Source: Magallana gigas
Lineage: Eukaryota
NCBI RefSeq assembly: GCF_963853765.1
Contig: NC_088854.1
Location: 8,680,001 to 8,744,000 of the forward strand
Length of the DNA stretch: 64,000 bases
Reading direction: 5' to 3'
Shown: positions 1 to 11,971 of the stretch, in pieces
How the letters are laid out: each line of letters begins with the position of its first letter
Numbering within the stretch: position 1 is the first letter of the stretch
Notes under the pieces: model-generated
The model's input: only the letters and a program-made list of their open reading frames with translations
Told to the model about the DNA's origin: nothing
Database searches by the model: none
Made by a program: the position numbers and the translations under genes

Positions 1-201
1 GTATGATATTCTTGTATTATGCAATATCCAAATAAAACTGAATATGTTACTAAAAATATTTTACAGTCTCAAATCATTATTATTAAATTCCTGTATGTGA
101 TATGATGTATTGTATTGCCAAAGGCACGTTTCGATTGAAGACTTCGCTCAATATGCAGTTTTCCTGACTCTTATTAATAATGATTTTAAATAAATACTCA
201 C

Positions 202-3200
202 TGACCACCGAATGGCCGTGTATTGCCCTGTGTGCATGTCGTTATATTGCACCCGTGCGGCAACTCCCCTTAGAGACAGAGCATTGGCCCCGACCCCTGT
301 TTCTCGGCTGAATCTCCAAATAAGGTTATCTGTCACCAAGTTTCCTGAGGGAGTCAGCGTGACGCGATCGCCCCCTGGTCAGTTATAAAAAATAATGTAA
401 AATTAACAGATTTTGACGAAAGTTTATAAATAAAAGGAAAAGGGGCATGGTCAGGATTTTAGTTAAATTTTATTTCTCCATTTTTCTTGTTGACAATGCA
501 TATGCTTCCGTACTGGTCAACCAAAGTTTGAGGGTAAGTCGTGGAGTTATAAGCAAGATACATAACAGGCTTGTGAAACGTTTACATCGGTTCAATACTA
601 GTACATCGGCAAACGTTTTTGTTTTAAAGATGATATTTCTATATGTGTTTTGGTTTTAAACACAAAAAACAGTTCCTAGCGTTTAACACATTCATTTTAC
701 ATCTAAACCTGGAATTTCTTTTTTTCATTCAAAATTTTGAAAGGTGACCTGGGCTTTGTTGACATATCCAAAAAGTTTACAATAGTAATCTCTGTATATC
801 GCTTTTAACTCGACGAATGACACTCAAATTTTCGATTGACTATGAGGTGTGCCTTACTAAAGCATTGTAAACATTATAAATGGAATATTAAATTTTTACG
901 AAAGTCGTGACCATTTAACTTTTACACCTAAGCACCACCTTAGACAGATGTAACAAAGCCATGTCCAATCCATAAATTGAGTTTTTTTTAAGAGAGAAAG
1001 GTAAATTCTTACCGTCTAAACTGACGCCCCCGTCCCCGTCATGTAGATTACAGCGGCTGATTGTGACGTCACGTGAATCTCCCGAAAAGAAAACATTGTA
1101 AGACCCTGTTGATGTAAATTGAAAGTATTTTTGATATACTATTTGAATGCAATTTAATTTAACTTTTTCGATGTCCACGACCGATTAAAACTTTCGGCTA
1201 TAGATATCGTTTAAGCACCCTATTTTGATGTACACGAACTTGAATATAGACACTACAATTCTCCTTATCAGATTTTACTAGATAAATAATCAGTAGATAT
1301 TTCAATTCATTGAACACAAACCTGTGTTTTTGATTTCCATTTGTTCAACAGTTACGTTGTGAGCATTGTTTCCTTTAATCCCAAACCTTCTACATGCCTC
1401 CAGTGTAAATCCCCGAAATACCACATTAGTACATGTACTTGTTCCATCAAGGCTGAAAAAAAATGAATAACCTGAGGTATTAATATATGAACTTTACTAA
1501 ATACTAGATTACTGCTTATTTTGCCACTATCTTTGATAAATAGGCAAAAGGGGGCCTTCTATGGAACGTATTCCGTAGAACACAGGAAACACTCTAGTAA
1601 GTGTTGGCTTTGTTAACTAAAACGTGTTTCATGTAAACATATCACAAAGAAAAAACATCACGATCGCTGTGTTGCTGTCTCTCACTTGCTATTCGCTGTC
1701 TTTAAAATTAATACAAACGAGAAAGGCGAAGCTAATTGTGTTCTGTTACCTGAAACAATCGTTGATGATAGATGTGTATATGACGTCATGACTGCTGAGA
1801 TGACCAGAAGATGTAGGCGGCCATAAGTAGAGGACTCCTGAGGATCTGTCTATGTAATACTCGCCCTAATGAACAAAGAATGGTCTGTGTCATTTGTTAT
1901 AAACGAACATACTTGTAGTGTATGAAATCTTCAAAGCAATATTTTCTGCATACATCCACCAATGCAATCATATGGTTATGAACATCATTAAGCAATCATC
2001 AGGTCCAGGTAGACACTGAACTGTACCGGTTCATCGATCTCTCCAAGGACGTTCAGGAATCTGAAATATCCACCTTGTTGCGAAAATTTTATCCCTTCAT
2101 TTGATTGGTTGTTATAATGTCCTGTAATGAAAAACAGAAACAGACATATAGTTAATTTTTTAGCAACAACAAAAATATTAATTCGAGTAGATTTCTAAAC
2201 CGTATGAAAGATTACCTTCCTTCAGACCATACCAGGTGTCACGTTCAAGTTCTACCAAGTGATTCGTGACATCTAAAGAGTGAATTTTCACACCCATGTC
2301 TGCCCAACTCCAGAACCTGCATATGTTAATTATTACAAGAATAGTTTCAAGAGTGTCACACTTAAGATATCTATTTGGCCTGGGTAATAGGACCCTTTCA
2401 CTGTACAGTACTATTGCTAAAGTTTATGATTGAACTTTGGAAAAATATTACAATCCAAGGTTTGTTCAATTCAGTTAAACTATTTTAAATGTATACAAAC
2501 ATTTTTTTTTACCAATAACCGTACGCCCACAGATCGTTTTCAGACGACCATCTCTTTGGTCGCTCGCTGTCGTACGAGAATCGTCGTCCGTGAGTACCAC
2601 TCAGCACTTGTCTAATGTTGATGAACCCCTCGTTTGGCCATCTCGCAAGACGTAGAGGTGCGCCATTATAAAACACCTCGAGGGGCGCTTCTCTGTTGTG
2701 ATAAAATCCATATGAGGTAAGATGTCCCAAATCTGTGATTCCAACATCGGAAAGGTTCATTTGGTACACCTTTAATAGGTGATAATGGTTTTGATGAACA
2801 AACAAACATGATTGTATTAAAACAAAAATTTGAATTATCATACTAGTATGTTACAAATGCACAGGGCTTTACCAATCGGTGTATTAAAAAGACTTTTTAA
2901 CGAAGTTAACGCGTGCACACTGCAAAATACATATTTTAACTTTCACTCTTCATTCAAATTTCGCGCGCTCTCTTTAAGAGCCTATCAGAACTCACCTTGT
3001 GTCGAGACTCCGGCGGAAGCCTGTGGAGTATGGCTGTATCTGTTACTTTGTGGAACATGTTGCTGGGTATTCTCTTTCCCCCTGTCTTCAACAAAATGAT
3101 ATAAAAGAACATTGCATGTTCCATTCAACACGATTGCCTTGTTCTCATGTAAAATATTAAGTAATAAATGTCAGCGAATTTATAATATAAAAATAATACA

Positions 3201-5405
3201 AAAGAGACATTATAAACAAACAAATTGTTGTTGCTAATATGGGACACAAATACAGAGGAAGCAAGGAAAAAGGTTCCATGCGCAGTCCTTGTCTTCAGTA
3301 ATTAAATCGTAGACTTATACTAAATTACTGATAAATTGTACTCGTATATTATTCAGCTATGTTTTCTTGCCTTATAATTTCTTTTCCATTAAAATGTTCT
3401 TTATAAATCCCTTTGAATTTTTTACGGTAAAGGAAGTTTAAGGTTCAATTGATACCACGTGAACTTCTTCATCTTTATGTGCTTGAATTGTGATCGTGTG
3501 AGGGGATCTGTGGGTAATGTGCACAGTTGCATCCAAATCATGGTACCCTTGCATCAGGTTAATGGTAACATCTACAGCAAAGGACAGAATTATAAAAAGA
3601 AACCAAGAATAATTATATAAAAATAACATGGAATCGGTATTCGTTCTAAGACTGACCTCTATTGGAGTAAGTGGACAGTTTGAGTTGGGACAAGGCCTGC
3701 GACAGGGTTCTCACTGGATGGTGAATATCGTGTCTGAAAAAAATAAGAATTTTAAAATCATAACTTAACATCTTAAAAAGAATTTCTAACTCTGACAAAA
3801 CAAAATGGTACGGACCAAATGTGACAAGATCGGGCTTTGTGATTTGTACTTTGATATAACCACCTATCAGTGTTTAGTCTAAAACTAAAAAAGTTGAGCT
3901 TTTTAAAAAGTTTTCCGTCTTTAGAGAAAATACCTAACAGCAAACAAAAATTGACTCTTTTTTTACATATATATCGCCTTCTCTACATTTTTACAAATAC
4001 CTTTTAAGCTTGCCTGTCTAAAACTAAGAAATGTGGACAACGTACTTGTTATAAGTAGGTAGAAAGAAATCGTATAATGAAGGAGTGTATTTTTAAAATA
4101 AAATCAAAGTTAATACCACGCAATAGCATCTGTTTGACTTATATTACATGTACTTTTACCGTATCTAATATTAAAACAAACTTATTTACAGATATTAGCC
4201 ATACCGTATCAAATTTTAACATTTTTGTATACATTTGAATAAACGTTACAAAAACAAGAACACATCATATAAAAGGATATTGTGTACGAAAATTATGCGC
4301 GTACGGTTCGCTGTAGAATTCACGTTATTCCTATATAAAAGCAGTAAAATTTTCTTTAAAATTTTAAAAAAGACATTCAGTATAACAAAATAAATAGTGC
4401 CTGTTTGGGAGGATAACAGTTGAAATTGACACCCCGAGAAAACCATTGTCAACCTCCGCTTCGCGTCGGTTGACAATGGTTTTCTCGGGGTGTCAATTTC
4501 AACTGTTACCCTCCCAAACAGGCACTATTTATATAATATTGCTTTCAACTAGTTGTACTGACAAGTTAAAACCTAGATTTCATTCATATCAATTTTTATT
4601 GGGTTTTTTCGTTTTATCACTTTTTAAGATTTGAAATCTACGAAAATCATTGTCTTGCATAAATAAAGATCACCAGAAAATTATTTCCTTAGTGCCGAAC
4701 AGAATTTTATCCAATAAAATAGATGATTTTAATAGTAATCTTTGGTGCAAATGATTGTACATGTAATAGTAATATTTGATGCATGATGCAAAAATGATCT
4801 TAATAAAAAAGAACAGTTTCTTTAACTCTATTTAAAATATATCGTTATTCTATGTATTAAAATGAGTTTTACACAAGTCCTTGATGGCATGGCCGTTACA
4901 CTTACTACATATTTATGATTTTATATCGCAATTTTAATCGTCACAGTCATTGAAACACTGCAAAGCGACATTGTTACCGTCTTTTTTGGAAAACTGTATA
5001 AAGAGTTGATATAATTTACAGTCTCCGCATTGTGCACTTCCTCTCCTTTGTGATTGGTAGAAATTAAATGATGTGATAATCTACATTTAGTTGCGCAAAT
5101 TTGATTCATTAAAAAAGGCATTTACATTTTAAATTTGTACGATTTAAAGAAATGAAGTGCTGTCATTTGATAGATATAATTTTGACAACTGACCTTAACA
5201 GACCGACGGACTGACAGACACTGTTATTAGGCATGGAACATCACGTAGTTCTTTAACTTGTGTATTCAAATCAACACAGTGTATACCCGTTATTGTGGTC
5301 CCTTCCGTGCGTTGACACGTACAGATTGGCGGGTCCCGAAAGTCCGTCCAGAACGAACCCCCCACAACAGAGCACGTGTAAAAAGAGCAACACGGCGTAC
5401 AACAT
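202..5405 (-). CDS. Secreted right-handed parallel beta-helix protein (bacterial-type, GH141-like); 5' part, gene continues off the left edge
   Basis: About 11 in-phase GT-AG exons (approx 5287-5405, 3658-3735, 3457-3572, 2996-3085, 2513-2770, 2216-2316, 2026-2122, 1750-1866, 1321-1452, 1012-1108, 202-374). They give a signal peptide MLYAVLLFLHVLCCGG, then LYVSTHGRDHNNGHDIHHPVRTLSQAL, LRLARWPNEG, YGYWFWSWAD, IDEPGEYYIDRSSGVLYLWPP and GGDRVTLTPSGNLVTDNLI, motifs typical of bacterial beta-helix repeat proteins. Confidence 0.85.
4391..4531. mobile_element. Near-perfect hairpin element (arms about 65 bp), 3' part of a dispersed repeat also present at about 35500-35725
   Basis: taaatagtgcctgtttgggagg...ccattgtcaacc / ggttgacaatgg...cctcccaaacaggcactattta are reverse complements with about 1 mismatch. 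The upstream flank (from about 4290) also matches 35510-35600. Confidence 0.8.
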
Positions 5406-6173
5406 CCCTGTAACAGTTAAAACACTCTTCTACGGCCAAGATTTACTCTACATCAGCTCTAGGACTAAATGGAATTAAGTAAACATATAGGTAACTATTT
5501 AGTTAGACACTCCGATAGATTATGTACCATGTGAACTGTTCTACAATATGAACTTTTCCAGGGTTGCCTTATCGTATTTATTCAACATAGCGCGATTTAG
5601 TCATGATTCCCAACGCTTAAAATGTTGACGGATAAAATCTAAAATAACTATCATGACTAAAAAAATCATGAAAGTTATTTTCATTTTTTTTAATTTCACA
5701 TGGTATGATTTGATAAATTCGTCAAAATAACTTTTTTGAGATGCATTTGTGACACATCTGTCTTTTGGCGGCGACGAACGACAATTCAAAAAGCTCGTAC
5801 AATGTATCGGTACAATGTAACAGTAGCTACATGGGTGTTTTCAAAAGACAACTAGAACGCAAAATCCAGCATTATCAATCATCATTTTAACAAGAATATT
5901 TTGCATACAGCTTTGTGATTGCAAACAGTCTAAAAGTTTCACACAGCTTAGTAATCAGAGGTAAATTCACACAAAAGCATTTGCCTGCTTGACTCTCGTT
6001 AAAAAAAGGCAATGCTGTTCGTTACCAAAGCATTACTTGTCTCGCATATTTTTGTGAAGAGATTTAGAGTATCTCTTGAAGTGTGTGCAACTTTTTACAC
6101 TGATTTTCTTTTTATCAATAATTCGTTATCTATCAATACAGAAAAAACGTGTCCGTTCGTTCAACCAGAGACG

Positions 6174-7988
6174 TCATAGCCTAGTTGTATTATTTTCTGG
6201 ATTATTCTCAACGTTGACTACTTGTATTTCCTTTTCCACAACATGTCTGTTCTTGTACACGTGGACCTCCACACCGGCGTACATCGCCGAACCAACGACC
6301 AGAAGAACGATGACAAGCAACAACTTGACTTTGACGCATACGTATAAACTGATAACGAAGTACACAGTAAAACTAGCAGCCTTCGTGCAGTGGTAGTTGG
6401 CAAAGGCTGCTTCCGTCCTCTCTGGGAACAGTAGCGCTATCAATGCTGTAAATTGCAATGGATTAGAATTATAAAACCAATTTACAATTTTTGTATTTCT
6501 TTATATCTTTTCAGTAAAACATGTCACCTACCATTGAATTGTGTTGCCCAAATTCCTTCGCCCAAACCCCACACGACAGCCATGGAAAACAAGTGAACCT
6601 CTTGGTCTGCTGTCGGAGCCCAGAAATATAAAACAATAAATATGGTCAAATCAATGGCAACAGCAGTGGCGAAAAGCACGTAACGTCCCGTGTATTTGGC
6701 TATCCGTGACGTCACAATGGCACTGGCGGTTGTGGCACATCCATAACTGGCCATCACGAAGCCTACCATATGTATCCCAAATGTGCAACTGGCGTAGGAC
6801 TATGAACAAAGAAATATGTATAACTAACTACAATCAAATTAAATTGTTTAATAGGGCTAAATGGTCGTCGTCACTTTAATTTAAGACTGTATTGATCTCT
6901 TTTAGAAGAAAAGCTCTCTATATAAAAAATATATAGGAAAATACCCATATTCAAGGATAAATTTTTCTATAAACTAGATAATAGTTTATAGCCAAACAAA
7001 TCATATCTTAAATTTTAGATAGATCTGGTGTGAGTTTGTTGACCAACGGGTCTCCTTCAGCCTCTTAGAAGTTCTTAAAAAATAATATTCAAATTCAAAC
7101 CTTTGTAAAATCTGTCCATACAACGGCTTTTTGCATTGCAACAATGGAAAACAGGGGCAGAAGAAAGACAAGCTTAGGATCTGTGCGTAGGACAGAGCAG
7201 CAGGCTGTTACGGAGTCCTTACCATTTGCTTTTTCTGCCCATTGTGTTTTTTGAATTGCAGGCAAAAATATTACAGTACACAAAATTCCAAGAACATCAA
7301 AAGCTAGGAAAATCGACATAAGAAGATACCTTGCCGAATTCGCAGGCTCCGTGATTTTGCTTGTTGAGTTACCATGCACATCAACAGGGCAGTCATTACA
7401 GCCGCACGCTGAAGCGGAAGACATAGTCGTATTGAATGCAGTATCCTTGTTTAAAACAAAGGATGAAATCAAGTTTCCCGTTATCTGTGTAAGTTCGAAG
7501 AAGGTGAAGAAAATTCCATTCAAACGACTGAGAGTGGCGTGGATTTCCGCCTTGTTCTTTTCACTGATAGAGTATGCATTTGTCGAAATAAAGACTCCCT
7601 GTGACGTCCACAGTAGCCCGGATATTAGTCCCAGTAGAATGGATGTCGGTATCAAGGTTGCAAATGTTGGATAGAAATTGCTACACGTGTACAGAATATG
7701 TGATACCCAGGAAATAAGCAAAGAAATCTTAATTCCAAGCGTCTTTATCATCCAGGGAGCTAAGATGGCGGATACGATGACAAATGCATAGAGACACGAC
7801 AGCGATGTTATTCCTAGCCCGTCGTCTTGGTTCAAACTACTCTGGAGATTCTGTAGAGCAGTGTAGGCAGTAAACACAGCGAAAAAACTCAGGGAAATGA
7901 TCACGACGTTCCAGGTTTCCCGTCCGGTAATTCCAACCTCATTCTCAGTTGTTTTACACCCAAAACAGATCTTCATTGTATGTTTCAT
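6174..7988 (-). CDS. UNC93A: UNC-93-like protein A (MFS-type membrane protein), copy A, 3 exons
   Basis: Exons approx 7097-7988, 6530-6810, 6174-6434 are in phase. UNC-93 family motifs NVVIISLSFFAVFTAYTALQNLQSSLN, YPTFATLIPTSILLG, FFTFFELTQITGNLISS and EAAFANY are present. Confidence 0.9.
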
Positions 7989-8939
7989 TTAATGGTTGAC
8001 CTTCTGTGACTATGCTCAATCACAAGTAGTGATAGATAATAATATGCATTCCTGTATATCCAACCATTTTGTTTTGTTTACTCTGTCAGGTGAATTTTGA
8101 AAAATGTCGTCGATAAATGTCGCCCTGGTATGCTCTTTCCTTTATTATAAATGGAGCTAAGATGGCGGATAGGATAAGGAGGTCCGTCAAAGTTCTATGA
8201 TGATAAGATTGCCATGAAACACCTTAAAAAGAACTCTTGCACTGGAGAAAATAAGGGGTTCTTTGCATTCAATGACAAGTAGCCTACAGCTTTCAATATC
8301 AATATTTCATTGGCGTTGCTAAAAAAAATCTGCTGTCGTCATTCTGAAGTAGAATATGAGATTTTCATTTTATAGTCAAATGCGCAATTTAATTCACATA
8401 TTCTAGTCCACCGTTTGTTGCTATGAATGACATTGCATCATATTTGTTCATTTTCTGAAGAACGAATTACTATCAAATTATGTTCTTCTCTACTACATGT
8501 ACATGTATGTATGGTTAATATGATTTAAGGTTGTAACGCGTTTTCTGATTTCCTAAAAAACAGTTTAAATAGGATATAGTGAATGTTGCCTGCGTCACTG
8601 TATCACTGACGTAAAAAACGTATTATTTCATCTAACGCTACGTTTGAATTTTGGTATAAGTTCATGTTATTTCAAAAGTCAAATGACTGGGGTTTTTTTT
8701 AACAATCAATAACAGAAAACCAAATTATACGGAATTAATTCAATACTAGTAGTTACCAAATTTATACTAGTATAAACTGGGTTGGAACAATTTACACGGG
8801 AATAAGTTCGAGCAGTAAAAACTAATTTGAATTTTTCAGTTCTTTATTAACAAGAAGTCTCACTTTGAATACACAGTTGTAAAATGCATCTAGACGTTAC
8901 ATTTTCAGTTTTTCTTGACGGTCACACGGTCCTGTGCAT

Positions 8940-11791
8940 CTATCCTATTATCGATCCACTATTAAAATTAGACTGACGAGCCTTCTGGTCAAACGTCATC
9001 TCGCAGATGAACGCATGTTTCTCGGAGCACGACACGTCCCCCCACTCGTAGTCATACCTCGGATACTCGATCAACAGACAGTTCTGGTTTCCAGCCACGT
9101 TGTTGGGCTGCCCGGGGTGCCAGTGGGTGTAATTGAGAGGGACAGGGTGAGCCTGACCAGTCCACGTGAACGAATTCTCTTGGTCAAGGTCGTTCCCATT
9201 CGTCCACAGTCCGAAGTCGGCGGCAAGCCTCATGGCTGAAAAATTATATTTTTACATGACATTTTTCCATCTATCAACAGACTTATCCATTAATGTTAGC
9301 GGTTTCCTAATTAACGAATACGATCTCTGTTGTTATTAACTATTTTGGAAAAGTTAATGTACAAGAAATAATAAATTATATTTATATATTTTCTTTACCG
9401 TTTGAGTTCTTGATCATGTTTGAAATAAACGTTTGTTCAGCTGCAGTTTCTATGGCTATTAGGCTTGCCTGGGGCCATCTCGCTTTACACGCTTTCATGG
9501 CATCTAAGTAGGTTTTTGGTTCAACGTGGAACACATAACATGTGGTCGTTCCACTGACATTGTATATCACAGACCCGTTAGGACACCGCGGAAATCGGAT
9601 TCCTGGAACACAGATACGCTTATGAACTTTTGTTTTTAACTGTAGTTGAAAACAAGAGGCCCAGGGGCCACATCGCTCACCTGAGCAACAATTGCCTTAA
9701 TTCTAATCAAATTAGCATTACAGTATCAATGCTTTCCCAGAATATTTTTTAAGATTTTCTCTATATATTACTATGTAAAAATTCAAACCGCCATAACGGT
9801 CCCGCCCTACCACTAGGGACTGTGATTTTGCAAACTTGAATTTACACTTCCCGAGGATGCCTCTACACAAGTTTAAGCTTTTCTGGCCAAATAGTCTTTA
9901 AAAAGAAGATTTTTAAAGATTTTCTCTATATATTCCTAAGTAAAAAAAATTCATCCCCCATTGTGGCCTCACCCTACCCCTGGACTATTATTTAAACAAA
10001 CTTGAATCTATATGATCTTGGGATGCTTCCCCTCAAATTTGGGCTTTCCTGGCCTAATAGTTTTGAGAAGAAGACTTTTAAAGATTTTCTCTATATATAA
10101 AAATTTATCCCCCATTGTGGCCCGCCCTACCCCCAAGGACCATGATTTGAACAAACTTGAATCTACATTATCTGAGGATGGTTACACGCCAATTTGAGCT
10201 TTCTTGGCCAAATAGTTTTTAAAAGAAATTTTTTTTAAAGATTTTCTCTATATAATCCTATATAAAAATTTATCCCACAACTATGGCCCCACCCTACCCC
10301 CGGGGACCATGATTTGAACAAACTTGAATCTTCACTTCCTGAGGATGCTTCCATTTTAATTTGAGCTTTTCTGGTCTAATTGATTTTGAGGAGAAGATTT
10401 TTAAAGATTTTCTCTATATATTCCTATGTAAAAATTGACCCACTAATTGTGGCCCCACAATACCCCCGGGGACTATGAGTTGAACAAACTTGAATCTACA
10501 CTATCTGAGAATGCTTCCACTCAAAGTTGAGCTTTCCTGGCCTAATAGTTTTTGAGAAGAAGATTTTTAAAGATTTTCTCTATATATTCCTATGTAAAAA
10601 TTGATCCCCCTATTGTGGCCCCACCCTACCCCCGGGGACCATGATTTGAACAAACTTGAATCTACACTTCCTGAGGATGCTTCCATTTTAATTTGAGCTT
10701 TTCTGGCCTAATAGTTTTTGAGAAGAAGATTTTTAAAGATTTTCTCTATGTATTCCTATGTAAAACATGATCCCCCAATTGTGATCCCACCTTACCCCCG
10801 GGGACCATGATTTGAACAAACTTGAATCTTCACTTCCTGAGGATGCTTCCATTTTAATTTGAGCTTTTCTGGTCTAATAGTTTTTGAGAAGAAGATTTTT
10901 AAAGATTTTCTCTATATATTCCTATGTAAAAATTGACCCACTAATTGTGGCCCCACAATACCCCCGGGGACTATGAGTTGAACAAACTTGAATCTACACT
11001 ATCTGAGAATGCTTCCACTCAAAGTTGAGCTTTCCTGGCCTAATAGTTTTTGAGAAGAAGATTTTTAAAGATTTTCTCTATATATTCCTATGTAAAAATT
11101 GATCCCCCTATTGTGGCCCCACCCTACCCCCGGGGACCATGATTTGAACAAACTTGAATCTACACTTCCTGAGGATGCTTCCATTTTAATTTGAGCTTTT
11201 CTGGCCTAATAGTTTTTGAGAAGAAGATTTTTAAAGATTTTCTCTATGTATTCCTATGTAAAACATGATCCCCCAATTGTGATCCCACCTTACCCCCGGG
11301 GACCATGATTTGAAGAAACTTGAATCTACACTATCTGAGGATGCTTCCACTCAAAGTTGAGCTTTCCTGGCCTAATAGTTTTTGAGAAGAAGATTTTTAA
11401 AGATTTTCTCTATATATTCCTATGTAAAAATTAATCCCCCTATTGTGGCCCCACCCTACCCCCGGGGACCATGATTTGTACAAACTTGAATCTACACTTC
11501 CTGAGGATGCTTCAAATTTAATTTGAGCTTCTCTGCCCTAATAGTATTTGAGAAGAAGATTTTTAAAGATGTTCTCTATATATTCCTATGTAAAACTTGA
11601 TCCTTCTCTTTTGGCCCCTCCCTACCCCCGGGGACCATGATTTGAACAAACTTGAATATACACTACCTGATGATGCCTCCACACAAGTTTTAGCTTTTCA
11701 GGCCAAATAGTTTTTGAGAGGAAGATTTTTGAAAAATACCAACAAATGTTCAATAATTCTCAATTATCTCCCCTTTAAAGAGGGCGTGGCA

Positions 11792-11823
<32 letters not shown>

Positions 11824-11939
11824 TAGTGGTGCTTTGTGCCAAATTTGGTTGAAATCTGCCCAGTGGTTCTTGAGAAGAAGATGATAATGAGAAAAGTTTA
11901 CAACAACGTCGACGACAACGACAACGACAGACAACGGAC

Positions 11940-11971
<32 letters not shown>

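Noticed and set aside
202-5405. Possibility that the beta-helix gene is bacterial contamination
   Set aside because: It is split by about 10 canonical introns and has an oyster-type repeat in an intron.
8150-8172. About 18-bp match (ggagctaagatggcggata) between the UNC93A copy A upstream region and its own exon 1, containing a YY1-like core
   Set aside because: Too short and singular to separate from chance or micro-duplication, and not seen upstream of copy B.
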